Below, in pieces: positions 47,072 through 57,501 of a stretch of DNA of 64,000 nucleotides. The first letter of the stretch is position 1. Every line of letters begins with the position of its first letter. The position numbers and the translations under genes are program-made. This stretch comes from a virus: the IMG/VR virus record IMGVR_UViG_3300046820_000495, positions 11,203-75,202 of that record; one strand, given 5' to 3'. Under the pieces are notes generated by a model. It saw nothing but the letters and a program-made list of their open reading frames with translations. It ran no database searches and was not told the origin of the DNA.

Positions 47072-48529
47072 TCAGTGAACGGGTATATTATGTAATGTTT
47101 GGAATCTTACAGCGTCTGCCCAGGAGTTGACCAAGGGTTCGCCTTTGATATTTAGGCTGGTGTTCATTAGGATAGGGCAACCTGTACGACGATTCCATTC
47201 TTCCAGGATACTACGGAACACAGGATTATCTTGACGTGTTACTGTTTGAACTCTACTGGAATTGTCCACATGGCACACACCCGGCAACATGTCTGGTAGT
47301 CTGCAACGTGCCACAAACTGCATATAAGGACTAGACTTAACAGGCATATCAAAGTATGTGTCTGCAGATTCTGCTAATACAGCAGGCGCAAATGGCCTAA
47401 ACTGTTCACGCCGCTTAATAGAGTTCATTCTAGGTTTTGCATCCGACCCTCTAGGATCGCAAAGTAAACTTCGGTTGCCAAGTGCCCTTGGACCAAACTC
47501 GGCTCTGCCGTTAGCCAATGCCACAACACGGCCTGCTTCAAGGTCATCCACAATTGCATTAACATCTACGTCCCTTTCAATATTTGTGCCCAAGTAAGGG
47601 CCTTCCCACGTTAAATGGCGTTGGGTGTGTGCGGCCACTGCTCCTAAAGCACTTCCAGCATCGCCTGGATTGGGCATAATCCATACTTCTTTAAATAAAC
47701 CGCTACGAGCAATAACGCTGTTGGCTACACAATTAAGCGCAACGCCTCCCATGAATACCAAGTTGTCACTGACAGTATTAGAGCGCATCACTAATATTGT
47801 TTCTAGTAGGTATTCTTCAATTAATTTCTGTACACTAGCGGCAATGTCAAATTTACTAGCAGTGGGATCCTTAGGTTCCCACCATAAGCAACCACGATGT
47901 AAATTATGACGTAATTTAAAGTCAGGTGGCGCCCATTTAGTAAAGAATGTTTCGCGTAATTCTTCTAAGTATTTGGGTGTGCCGTGTGCGGCCATGCCCA
48001 TTAAAATATATTCTTCTTCGTTGGGCTTTAGGCCCAACCACTGTGTCATTGCTGTGTAAAATAATCCCATGCTGTCTGGGTATTTTTTAGCCCAGCGGCG
48101 TGTCATTTGATCTTTACGAGCTTCCCATATGCTTACACTATCCCATTCGCCAATTGCATCTACTACTAATATTGACGCATCTTCAAATGGACTTGTATAA
48201 TATCCTGCTGCCGCATGGCTTTCATGATGCCCTACATAATCAACAGGCAGGGAATTTAATCCTACTAAACGTAATTGATCACGCGGACTTACAATCCAAG
48301 GACGCTGTCCGGAAAATAGTCTGCGTAAATTCTTTTGAAAAGGCTTTTCAAACCAAACAATTTGTGTAGGTTCACCATATTGTCGCATTTCTTTAACCAT
48401 GTCAGCATCTAACATAGTATCATTCTTTACTCTACTGTAGCGTTCACTGTGTGCCGCCCAAACAATTCGATCCCCATCGATCAGTGCCATGCTGGCATCG
48501 TGGTTCTGCGATGTAATACCTAGTATCAT
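47072..48529 (-). CDS. Carbamoyltransferase (NodU/CmcH/TobZ family)
   Basis: HDAS, ERYSRVKND, HHESHAA, GGVALNCVAN, EFGPRALGNRS, FRPFAP, NTSLN. Confidence 0.94.
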   Translation of the reverse strand: MILGITSQNHDASMALIDGDRIVWAAHSERYSRVKNDTMLDADMVKEMRQYGEPTQIVWFEKPFQKNLRRLFSGQRPWIVSPRDQLRLVGLNSLPVDYVGHHESHAAAGYYTSPFEDASILVVDAIGEWDSVSIWEARKDQMTRRWAKKYPDSMGLFYTAMTQWLGLKPNEEEYILMGMAAHGTPKYLEELRETFFTKWAPPDFKLRHNLHRGCLWWEPKDPTASKFDIAASVQKLIEEYLLETILVMRSNTVSDNLVFMGGVALNCVANSVIARSGLFKEVWIMPNPGDAGSALGAVAAHTQRHLTWEGPYLGTNIERDVDVNAIVDDLEAGRVVALANGRAEFGPRALGNRSLLCDPRGSDAKPRMNSIKRREQFRPFAPAVLAESADTYFDMPVKSSPYMQFVARCRLPDMLPGVCHVDNSSRVQTVTRQDNPVFRSILEEWNRRTGCPILMNTSLNIKGEPLVNSWADAVRFQTLHNIPVH

Positions 48530-48530
48530 A

Positions 48531-48644
48531 TCAATAGATAAATGGATCTCGTTTGCGTAATTCTTCCATACGCTTTTTAATTCTGCGTTTTTCTTTATAA
48601 TTGCGGTACGGGGCTAATAGTAAATCAAGTAATTTCTTAAACAT
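48531..48644 (-). CDS. 37-aa basic peptide directly upstream of the carbamoyltransferase (not in ORF track)
   Basis: MFKKLLDLLLAPYRNYKEKRRIKKRMEELRKRDPFIY; SD AGGAG; TAAGTA upstream. Confidence 0.7.
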   Translation of the reverse strand: MFKKLLDLLLAPYRNYKEKRRIKKRMEELRKRDPFIY

Positions 48645-48664
48645 GGCTGTCTCCTGTCAATTAC

Positions 48665-50734
48665 TTATTGCCACGTACCAGTATCGTTGTATCTGTGAGT
48701 AAAAGAAAAGTCCCAAGTCTTACGTTCTTCTAATAATGCTATTTCTTCTGAATATTCTTCATTGGTAAACTGGCTTTCTCCACCACTGCCAGGCAATGCT
48801 AGCTTACGAGCACGTCGAGCCGCCACAGAGTCAGCACGACTAAACTCACTGTAGTGCCAAGCATCGTCACGTTGAACAAAATCGTAGTAGAAATCCGCTA
48901 TCCAATGTCCATTTGTGTCAATGTCAAACTTGAATACACCTGTAAAGTTACAGCCCATCCTATCACCAAACTCTCTATTACTGAATTCTGGGGTAATAGT
49001 CATGTCTAGTGTATAAGCACCGCGACTGCGCCACATTAGTCGTAGCAATGGCCATATTTCATTTACAAGACTATCAGCAAAATCACTGATTCCAGGCTTG
49101 ATAATGTTGTAGTCAAACACTTCGTACTCTACTTCACGTACCACGCTGTTATCAAAGTTTAATTGGCATATATCATTGACACCACTGCGATTGGTAAAGT
49201 CAATATTTTCCTCTGTTACAATATTATTAAGGAATATATTAAATGTAGTCAGGCGAATTAGTCTATGCACCTTGCTGTTAGCCGAGTCCTTGGTAATCCA
49301 ATTACCTTCAAAATAGCTTTTAGCAATATTATACTTGTCAGTGTTCTGCGCTAAGATAGTGTCAGGCGGAATAGTAAAACCGTGTCCGGCGCTTACGTTG
49401 GTTAAATTGTTGTTGCGGTTACGCCAAATAAAGGTCATTGACTCATAAAAGTCCTGTGGAGTTTCTGTAGGGAAACCAATAATCCAATTTGAAAACGCTT
49501 CTACCCCTACCTCCTTACCGTGACGCAGATTCTGTTCCATTTCCTCTACAGTGACACCCTTGTCCATGTCGGCCAAGACCCGGGTACTACCCGATTCAAT
49601 TCCGTAGCTTAGGCTAATACAGCCTGATTCCGCCAGGTCTTTGTAGTATTCCAAGTCCATACGTCCGTCACAGCGAGCATAACCTGTCCATGCAATTTTC
49701 ATTTCACGGGCAATTACGCCTTTACAGAACGCACGTAGCTCATTTAAGTTCCCATTTACCAAGCTGTCCAAGAACCAAATAACATTGACGCCACGATTAA
49801 AATACAAGTCTGCTACTTCTTCTAAGATGTTACGTGCCATGCGTCCGCGATACTTCCAAAAGTGTGTTTCGCTACAGAATACACATTTAGCTGTACAGCC
49901 GCGGCTTAGTTCTGCGTTAACACCGTTAGGAAATCCATAGTCTAGTGGGTCAAAATAGCTATAATCCGGACTAGGCAGTTGATCTAAGTCTAGTCGCTGA
50001 CCATCTGTTTGACGTAACCAGCGTTGCTTACCATCAAACTGGCCTGTTTCTATTTCTTCTAATGCTTCTAGTAGTAGCTGTTCGCCTTCCCCTGTGATAA
50101 TATAATCATATTCAGATTCAGGTTGCCAGTAACTTTGATGACATTGTGGGCCACCTACCATTACTAATATATGCGGATAGCGGCGCTTTAATTCTTTTAC
50201 CATCCACTTGGTAGGTTCTTGATTACAGTAGTAAAGACTAAAGCCCACCACAGTGGGATTCATTTCCCCAATTTTATCTAAATATTGATTTAAAAAAGGC
50301 TCTACGTATTTGTGCAAATATTCGTAATAATGATTGTCCATCCAACGCCATTCGCGTGAACCATCCCAAGGGTTAAAGTCCAAGCCTGGCCAGTTACCGT
50401 GGTCTTTGTGTGCTTTGGCGTTTAAATCAAATGCGTGTGTAGCGTAACCAGCGTCACGAGTAATAGCGGCTAATCGTGCTATGTTGTAAGGAGGAAAGTT
50501 ATGTGCCCACTCTGGCAGCAACATAAACACAATGCTGGTAGCTCGTGTAGCAGGTGTTATCGCCACTTGCGTTAAATTACTCTGTGGTTTAGCACGAGCA
50601 AAGGGTTGCAGGGCTTCTAGAACCTTACGGTGTTTGGCATCATAGTCTTCTTCTGTTTTAGCTACAGGCTTGGTTTCTTTTAAGGCGTAAATCTTTTGCC
50701 AGCCGTATACACTATTTTCTTTGGGTTTAGTCAT
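48665..50734 (-). CDS. B12-binding radical SAM enzyme
   Basis: VGFS...VGGP...GEGE B12-binding domain; SRGCTAKCVFC; GIESGS; GFPTET. Confidence 0.9.
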   Translation of the reverse strand: MTKPKENSVYGWQKIYALKETKPVAKTEEDYDAKHRKVLEALQPFARAKPQSNLTQVAITPATRATSIVFMLLPEWAHNFPPYNIARLAAITRDAGYATHAFDLNAKAHKDHGNWPGLDFNPWDGSREWRWMDNHYYEYLHKYVEPFLNQYLDKIGEMNPTVVGFSLYYCNQEPTKWMVKELKRRYPHILVMVGGPQCHQSYWQPESEYDYIITGEGEQLLLEALEEIETGQFDGKQRWLRQTDGQRLDLDQLPSPDYSYFDPLDYGFPNGVNAELSRGCTAKCVFCSETHFWKYRGRMARNILEEVADLYFNRGVNVIWFLDSLVNGNLNELRAFCKGVIAREMKIAWTGYARCDGRMDLEYYKDLAESGCISLSYGIESGSTRVLADMDKGVTVEEMEQNLRHGKEVGVEAFSNWIIGFPTETPQDFYESMTFIWRNRNNNLTNVSAGHGFTIPPDTILAQNTDKYNIAKSYFEGNWITKDSANSKVHRLIRLTTFNIFLNNIVTEENIDFTNRSGVNDICQLNFDNSVVREVEYEVFDYNIIKPGISDFADSLVNEIWPLLRLMWRSRGAYTLDMTITPEFSNREFGDRMGCNFTGVFKFDIDTNGHWIADFYYDFVQRDDAWHYSEFSRADSVAARRARKLALPGSGGESQFTNEEYSEEIALLEERKTWDFSFTHRYNDTGTWQ

Positions 50735-51890
50735 CTTGCCATTCTGCTAAAAAATCAGGCCATAATTCATTAAATGAATACTTTTTATCATTTAAGTATT
50801 TTACTTCTGTCGCGTGTGTCCAGTCAGTGAATTCTAGTTTCTTTATTAACCATTCATCACCTGTGCGACCAATGGTTGGGATAAGCTGGCTTCTAATGTT
50901 TTCTAGTGCTGACATATCATAGCCGCTTGAGCTGTATTTGGCTATACATAGATCCAACTCTGCTAAAGCTTTGCGCTTAAAGTTGTCTGGCAATTTGAAT
51001 ACGTTTAAGCTACGAATGTTTTGTATAGCGCACCAGTATACTTCATTGAAATAACCTTCTCCGATAACGAAGTCATAGTACTCGCATAAGTTAAATGCTG
51101 AGTATGTACAGTATAAGGGATGTGCGTTAATAGTTTTGACACCTTGTGCATTAAGATATCGCAAGTTAGACACAAAGGTTGTCCATTCTGCACCGTGACG
51201 TACATATTCAAATCTCTTGTCCACTGTGTCAAAGCTGATGCCCCACTGTGCGTTTGGGTTGGCTATCAACTTGGGTGCTATTGTGTTATTGGGCAGGTCA
51301 ATGCTTAGATTGCTTAGTATGTAATAGTTCTTTGTAGGCAGTAAATCAATTAGCCGATGATTTTGCTTTTGTAGCAAAGGCTCGCCGCCTAGTAGATTAA
51401 TTGTTTCAATGCTGTCAACAGAGTTGATATTTTCAGCTATTAGCGTAAACAAGCTGTCTTCTGCTTCGGCCTTGTTGGCATTGATCTTAATACCTTTGAG
51501 TACACTCCATTTACTGCTGAAATATTCATAGCAGTAATTGCAGGCCAGATTACACAAGTTGCTCCAGCGTAGATCCAGCTTTTGAAGTTCAAATGTTTCT
51601 TTTGTTGCTGATTCAAACTCTTCAAATTTTTGAACACTATTGGTATCAACTCGTTCACTTCTGGCCCCCATTGCTTCTAGCTTTTGGCATTGGGCACATT
51701 GTGGATGCCAGCGTTCTTCTACAATGGCCTGACGTATGCCTTGTGCTGTAGGACCTTGTAGTATTTCTTGTATGCTTTGCTTGTTGATATCGCCTATGTC
51801 CATTTCAGCACTACAGCAGGTTTTAACCCCGCCGTCTGCGCCTAAGAAAATAGTATTAAATGGGTAAGCGCAAAAGGTTTCTTTATTCAT
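50727..51890 (-). CDS. Radical SAM protein with N-terminal Twitch-like domain
   Basis: FCAYPF...GGVKTCC...CAQC precedes CNLACNYC; GGEP. Confidence 0.88.
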   Translation of the reverse strand: MNKETFCAYPFNTIFLGADGGVKTCCSAEMDIGDINKQSIQEILQGPTAQGIRQAIVEERWHPQCAQCQKLEAMGARSERVDTNSVQKFEEFESATKETFELQKLDLRWSNLCNLACNYCYEYFSSKWSVLKGIKINANKAEAEDSLFTLIAENINSVDSIETINLLGGEPLLQKQNHRLIDLLPTKNYYILSNLSIDLPNNTIAPKLIANPNAQWGISFDTVDKRFEYVRHGAEWTTFVSNLRYLNAQGVKTINAHPLYCTYSAFNLCEYYDFVIGEGYFNEVYWCAIQNIRSLNVFKLPDNFKRKALAELDLCIAKYSSSGYDMSALENIRSQLIPTIGRTGDEWLIKKLEFTDWTHATEVKYLNDKKYSFNELWPDFLAEWQDD

Positions 51891-53655
51891 TGTTTAATAA
51901 TTTATTCATTAATGCATCAGCAAGTTGCTCGTGGTATTCCACGTGTGCATGATAAAATCCATGAACTTGTGAATCGTTTCGCCAGTCAATGAGTTTGCTC
52001 AAGCACATGTCATGATCAACAATGCTTCTTAACTTGTGAGTATTGGTTGCCATACACATAAAACGTGGATTCAGCTTTTTATCCTGGACAAAACTGGCAT
52101 AGTCATCCATGGTGCAATGTAGATACTGTACTAATAATCTGCCGCCAAGTTCCTGACTCAGCAGGTCCAGATAGCGCAAAGAAGCATAGTAGTTAAAAAA
52201 TAAAAAGTATTCGTCCCCAATATGTTCAACAAATTCATTGTGGAAACGCTCGCTAGGCCAGTATTTAGGATGACCAATGATTGGGGTAGCAGGCCATGGC
52301 CATCCAAATCGTTCTTTTTTGTCAAAGTACATCCAGCGTTCCATGCTAGTTGCGCCAACTAGTATTAGATCATATTCAGTTAGTACACCTGAGGACAAAT
52401 CTTGTTCAATCATGTAAATCATTCCTTGCATACCGCTGCCAGGTATGCCACGATTTAAAATAGGAACATCAAGTCGTTTGGCAAGTTGTCCGGCCCAACT
52501 GAGTTTGGACTGAGTATCTAATACTGTTTTATCGCCCAAGAATGGATAATCAGTGTAAAAGTCATTGGCGCCAGTGGCTGAATATTTTCGTTTTATCTTA
52601 TCAACTTCTCCACGTGACGCGGGCGTTGGCCAAAACAAATGATCAGCCAATTCACTGCCTGCTGTGTGACTGCATCCGTACGCTACAACTCTATTAAATT
52701 TAATAGTTTGACCGTTCCGAGTGATAGACTTTAACGGAAGCATTTCCCAGTCTGAATGAAGTATTTCAATAACCTCAGGTCGCAATTGATACAATGAATT
52801 TTTAAAAGTCTGATTGAAGAATTCTTTCTTCCAATCACCTATTACATTGAGTCCTTTAAGAAACTCACCAAGGACTTCGGCACTTTCAGGCGTTATATGG
52901 AAACGATGTACTGTGACCATAAAGCCGTTTTCAGCTACTGCTCTGTCTAATTCATTTTTTAATTGGGCAGGTGTTAATCTTTCAGCCAGATTAAATCCAC
53001 CAAACTGACCAACTGCCCATTTATCCTTGGACTCTACCCAGAGTTCTCTACTTTGTGCATATATCCAATACAAGCTTGCTTCACTGCTGTTTAGTACAGG
53101 ACGAGTCAATATGTCATAGTTCATTGAACTCAAGTGTTCTAATAAACTCCTAACAAAGGTGTTGCGCCAAATAAAGGGTGTAATTGGAAACTGTTCTCTA
53201 ACCGAGTCAACATCAATTCCCAGTATTCTTGCAGATCCAATTTGATCTGTACTTGGCGCATGATCTTTGTCAAATACCACTACCTTTAAGTTGTTGTCAA
53301 TAAAGAAGTCGCCAAGAGACAAATTTCTAATTAGAAAGTTCTTGCTATCTAGTACTACGCTGTAGTCAGCTTGGCTTTCACTTGCGGCCCATAACTTTAA
53401 TATTTGTTGTCTATGCCATCCATCAACTGCAACTAATTTAGGTCCTGTTTTAACATTCAGTGTCCAGCCTGGCATATTTGATTTAATATGATCGTTGATC
53501 CAATCAATTACACGCTGATAAATGTCTTCATCTTCGACCACTATGGTCCAATTCTTTTCACCTTGCCAGAATTTTTCCAAGCTGTGTGCATGATAATATA
53601 GCGTGGCTAGGTCACCACTGTAAGTTACTGTAATTAATTCTGAGGTATATCGCAT
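51883..53655 (-). CDS. Fusion of a glycosyltransferase-like (DUF6492-like) N-domain and an SGNH/GDSL-like C-domain
   Basis: GWHRQQILKL...VLDSKN; YGCSHTAG...SWAGQLA...NRGIPGSG...H. Confidence 0.6.
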   Translation of the reverse strand: MRYTSELITVTYSGDLATLYYHAHSLEKFWQGEKNWTIVVEDEDIYQRVIDWINDHIKSNMPGWTLNVKTGPKLVAVDGWHRQQILKLWAASESQADYSVVLDSKNFLIRNLSLGDFFIDNNLKVVVFDKDHAPSTDQIGSARILGIDVDSVREQFPITPFIWRNTFVRSLLEHLSSMNYDILTRPVLNSSEASLYWIYAQSRELWVESKDKWAVGQFGGFNLAERLTPAQLKNELDRAVAENGFMVTVHRFHITPESAEVLGEFLKGLNVIGDWKKEFFNQTFKNSLYQLRPEVIEILHSDWEMLPLKSITRNGQTIKFNRVVAYGCSHTAGSELADHLFWPTPASRGEVDKIKRKYSATGANDFYTDYPFLGDKTVLDTQSKLSWAGQLAKRLDVPILNRGIPGSGMQGMIYMIEQDLSSGVLTEYDLILVGATSMERWMYFDKKERFGWPWPATPIIGHPKYWPSERFHNEFVEHIGDEYFLFFNYYASLRYLDLLSQELGGRLLVQYLHCTMDDYASFVQDKKLNPRFMCMATNTHKLRSIVDHDMCLSKLIDWRNDSQVHGFYHAHVEYHEQLADALMNKLLNNE

Positions 53656-54917
53656 GAAGAGTCCACGGGCTGATTCTTTGACGATCTGTCATTGATTTCG
53701 TGTGTAAAGATTCTATCTATACTGCTGTACTGTCCACATGTGTCTGCACAATAACTTAAACGTCCATTTTCAACTTGATCTATTTTCCATGTATCTGCAA
53801 ACACACGATCTAAATGTTGTGCGCTTAGAATTTCTGTTAGCGAATATGTATCCAAGCTAAAGTGTTCCCAACCGTAATCATTCATATGCTTGTGAAGCTG
53901 TAAGCTACGAGTGTCTGTGTAGACACCATTCAAATGTGTGCCAATGTAACAGCAAGGCATCACGCGGCCAAAGTTGTCTACAAAGATTTCTTTACCGCCT
54001 GTCCAAGTACGACTTTTACATTTAATTTCACAACTGTTATACTTGGTGTTGTCTTCTGCAAAGATTCTATGTGTGTATACTTCTGCTACTTGTTGTTGGA
54101 ACGCTTTGGATATTTGCTTTGTTTCTTTTAACTTACGATAGTCATCTACGTTAAAAGGATAAAATGTTACTTCAGCTTCGCCTTTGGGTTCTGCTAGGTT
54201 ACGGTTCTTTGCTTGCGTTGGCGCTTCGATAATGTAATCTAACTTGCCATCTTTGTCTAGTACAGGCATTTTAGTCAGATACTCGCCGTTGTCAACGCCT
54301 AGTGCTTTCTTGGGCACAAACTCAGCAAACTTCATTTGTTCTGCTAGTGCTTGTGCCGCTTCAATTTGATGCTCGTTATGGCGGAAGATTAAGTAGTCCC
54401 AGTTAGCTGAGCCACCTGCGTTAATGAATGCTTTGACGTTTTCCATAAGCACACTCCAGTTAACATTACGGCGATACAAATGATTGGTATCTTCTAAGCC
54501 GTCGATGCTAAATGTAATTTGCCAGTAACTGGGATTATGGTCGCGGGGGAATTGGGCAAACAGCGCACCCATTTTGGCCCACCAATCGGGCTTTCGCATA
54601 CCACCATTGGTGTTCATGCGTACTGCTGTGGTCTTGCTTACTGAGGCAATGTAATCGCAAATTTCGTAAGTGTCCTTTGCTGTACCAGGGTCTCCGTGTA
54701 CGCCACAAAATAAGATCAGCTTGCAACGCTGTATAACTTCTGGTGGGAAATACTGCTTGAACTTGTCCAAGGTAATTTGACCAATTTCTAAGTCTGGTCT
54801 AGCATGTGGACTGTTGTTGTGAAAGCGTACACACATGGGGCAGGCGGCATTGCAACCATTGGTAAGCTCAATGTGCATTTGCTCTATTTCTTCTAAGGTC
54901 CAGAACGCTTTATCCAT
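53634..54917 (-). CDS. Radical SAM protein with C-terminal Twitch/SPASM-like domain
   Basis: CNAACPMC, HGDP, TNGG, SIDG; C...GRVMPCC...C...C. Confidence 0.88.
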   Translation of the reverse strand: MDKAFWTLEEIEQMHIELTNGCNAACPMCVRFHNNSPHARPDLEIGQITLDKFKQYFPPEVIQRCKLILFCGVHGDPGTAKDTYEICDYIASVSKTTAVRMNTNGGMRKPDWWAKMGALFAQFPRDHNPSYWQITFSIDGLEDTNHLYRRNVNWSVLMENVKAFINAGGSANWDYLIFRHNEHQIEAAQALAEQMKFAEFVPKKALGVDNGEYLTKMPVLDKDGKLDYIIEAPTQAKNRNLAEPKGEAEVTFYPFNVDDYRKLKETKQISKAFQQQVAEVYTHRIFAEDNTKYNSCEIKCKSRTWTGGKEIFVDNFGRVMPCCYIGTHLNGVYTDTRSLQLHKHMNDYGWEHFSLDTYSLTEILSAQHLDRVFADTWKIDQVENGRLSYCADTCGQYSSIDRIFTHEINDRSSKNQPVDSSCDIPQN

Positions 54918-56142
54918 TATGTGCCTTTACTACTTGTCCATAAGCTTCAAATGTTGCAAAGAAGTCTTGTTCTCTGTAAACATCGTGTGTCTTAATTGTA
55001 CTTAAGAATTTGGCCCATTCTTCTTCTGAACAAGGAGTACCATTTTCAATAAAGCCAATGATGCCGGGCAATTGCCACCAGGCATGTTCATAGTTCTTGG
55101 GAATATTGTGCAGTCTATCAAGCACAGCTTCTTTGATGTCAGTGGGCAAACTGCCCATGTTAAAGTGTGCAGGGCGATGTACTAGGTTTAAGTATAAACC
55201 AAAGTCTGTAAAGTTATCATAGTAAGCATCTAGTGTTTCAGGCAAGTTGTAGATGTTAATACTGCTTAATGTAATACACCAGCTTAGGCTTAGGTTGCCG
55301 TGCTGTTTAGCAAATGCCGATGCCTTCTTCATGTTGTCTACTGCTTCTGTCCATACAGCTGGATACCGCATGTATTCAAATTGTTCGCCTGTGCCATCAA
55401 TACTAAAGCTAAGGTTAACATGCTTGAAGTTCTTCCAAACTTCTGTTTCTTCTGGCCATGTTGTACCGTTGGTGTTGTAGTGTAACTCAATGTCTTTGGC
55501 ATAACCGTTGTCTACACAAAGCTTTAGCACTTCCCACATTTTCTTACTAAGGAATGGCTCGCCACCATAAAAGTCAAACTGTCTAATGGTGCTTAGGTTA
55601 TTAGCCAGGTCATCCCAAAACGGACTGTCTTCATCATATGTTTGATGATACTTCTTCATGTTAATAGAGTAATCTTTATAGCTTACACGATTAGCATGAT
55701 TCAAGTCATAATCCTCTTTCATCCATAAACTACTAATAGTCGGATGGCATGTACGGCATTTGATGTTGCAGGTGTTACCCAAGTTAAGTTCAAACTTGGC
55801 AAGACCTGTAAAAGGCTCTGCACCTTCGTACTCTATAGCATGAAAGTACTTTTCATTGTCACGCAGGCGTTTGCTCTTACGTCCGCCATCTTCTTCTTGC
55901 CAGCACTGATTACACGCACGATCGCGTACACCTGCGGCCAAATTGGCTTTGATACCCTGGGCAATAGGATTGTTAAAGTTTTCTTCAATTGTTTTACTAC
56001 CTAAGAACCAATCTTGTTTGCCACCCATGTAGTTGTATGACTCATCAATCATACAGCACATTTTACTAGAGCCGTCATTGTTACCGCTCATGCCATGTAG
56101 TGCATTCACGCACCAGCTACGTTCATTCTGTTGGTTCATCAT
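54910..56142 (-). CDS. Radical SAM protein with N-terminal Twitch-like domain
   Basis: WC...KMCC...CNQC; CNIKCRTC; GGEP; TNG; SIDG. Confidence 0.88.
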   Translation of the reverse strand: MMNQQNERSWCVNALHGMSGNNDGSSKMCCMIDESYNYMGGKQDWFLGSKTIEENFNNPIAQGIKANLAAGVRDRACNQCWQEEDGGRKSKRLRDNEKYFHAIEYEGAEPFTGLAKFELNLGNTCNIKCRTCHPTISSLWMKEDYDLNHANRVSYKDYSINMKKYHQTYDEDSPFWDDLANNLSTIRQFDFYGGEPFLSKKMWEVLKLCVDNGYAKDIELHYNTNGTTWPEETEVWKNFKHVNLSFSIDGTGEQFEYMRYPAVWTEAVDNMKKASAFAKQHGNLSLSWCITLSSINIYNLPETLDAYYDNFTDFGLYLNLVHRPAHFNMGSLPTDIKEAVLDRLHNIPKNYEHAWWQLPGIIGFIENGTPCSEEEWAKFLSTIKTHDVYREQDFFATFEAYGQVVKAHNG

Positions 56143-57493
56143 AGGTTAGATATATCTGCTTACATAGTTTGTAAAATTCCTCGTACTCGGGAAATAGTTC
56201 AATTAGGTTAGTACCTAGTCTGTTGTCGTTTTCGTTAAAGAAGCTGAAAAAGTCTCTGCGGCCTGCACGAATATGCTCGGGCGTTAATTCATGTTCTTTC
56301 ATGTAGCCAGTCACACGCTTGAACTTTTCATACTCAACAGCCGTAAAGAATTCAGGGTGACTCTTGATAAATTCCAAGTTGCCATCCATGTAAGGAATAA
56401 AGTCTGGTGTTAAAATCTTAATCATCCAGTGCGGTGGTTCCTTCAAGTAAGGCGTATCAAAAGATACTGCATCCTTGCCGAACTCAGTGCGCCATTCAAT
56501 TACTTTTTCCAGTAGCGCACGGAATGTTGTAACGCATAGCACATTGAATGTACACATTAGGTTAATTGTAGCACCAGTTTTCATAACTGCTTTCATGTTG
56601 CGTTCCCAGTGGGCACAATCCATACCTGTACGCATATACTCTGCTTGTGCGCCCCAACCTTCAATTGACGTAAAGAAGCTGAACTTACGAATCTTCTTTT
56701 GTGCCAACAAGCTTTCTACACGCTCGATTAACGAGTCTACCTTGGCAAAACTTACGCCCAAGTTACTGTTTAGTGTAATTTCCAACTGTGGTGCTGGTTC
56801 TGTTTCTAATAGATCAAAGAACTGCATGGCACCCTTGTTCATCAAGGGCTCGCCACCTGTGATGCGAAGTGTATGTAAATCGTGCTTGAGACTTGGCCAC
56901 CATTTCCAAAACGCTTCAATGTACGGGTTCTCATCTTTAGGACCATAGTAAGTGCCTGTTTTCAAGAACTCAATACCATACTGATTGTATGTTAAGTCGT
57001 GGTTACCAAACTTCTTAATTTCTTCCATCCATGCTGTGCTGGCTTGTGGACTGCAATAGCCACAGCGATAGTTACAGTTATTACCAAAGCTGACTTCTAA
57101 GTAACGTGGGTTAATAGGTGCGTCCCAAGGCAACTCTGCCAGCTTTTCAATGTGTGGTGCGGCAAAGTCTGAACTACTGTGAATCATACGATCGCTAATA
57201 TGCTCGCCCGGCAAGTCTTCAATGTTCCAGCAGTAGTAACATTCATCTGGACGGCCGCCTTCTAACATGGTCTTGCGCTGTTCCTTTTTCCACTTGGTGT
57301 TGTGTAATGCGCTGGGATCAGCGGCAATTTCATCTAGAGGAATATGATGAGGACGTGGATGATAGCAACTGTGATTATCACCTGTGTGCAGATACAAGGT
57401 TTGGTGCAACCATTTCATTGCACAAAAACCTGGCCCTACTTTGTTTAATCTGTCTCTTACACTTTTAATGTGTACTACTCTATGATCTGACAT
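56123..57493 (-). CDS. Radical SAM protein with N-terminal Twitch-like domain (SCYH variant)
   Basis: FCAMKW...HSCYHP...ECYYCW; CNYRCGYC; TGGEP. Confidence 0.88.
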   Translation of the reverse strand: MSDHRVVHIKSVRDRLNKVGPGFCAMKWLHQTLYLHTGDNHSCYHPRPHHIPLDEIAADPSALHNTKWKKEQRKTMLEGGRPDECYYCWNIEDLPGEHISDRMIHSSSDFAAPHIEKLAELPWDAPINPRYLEVSFGNNCNYRCGYCSPQASTAWMEEIKKFGNHDLTYNQYGIEFLKTGTYYGPKDENPYIEAFWKWWPSLKHDLHTLRITGGEPLMNKGAMQFFDLLETEPAPQLEITLNSNLGVSFAKVDSLIERVESLLAQKKIRKFSFFTSIEGWGAQAEYMRTGMDCAHWERNMKAVMKTGATINLMCTFNVLCVTTFRALLEKVIEWRTEFGKDAVSFDTPYLKEPPHWMIKILTPDFIPYMDGNLEFIKSHPEFFTAVEYEKFKRVTGYMKEHELTPEHIRAGRRDFFSFFNENDNRLGTNLIELFPEYEEFYKLCKQIYLTYDEPTE

Positions 57494-57501
57494 TGTTATC
57501 C

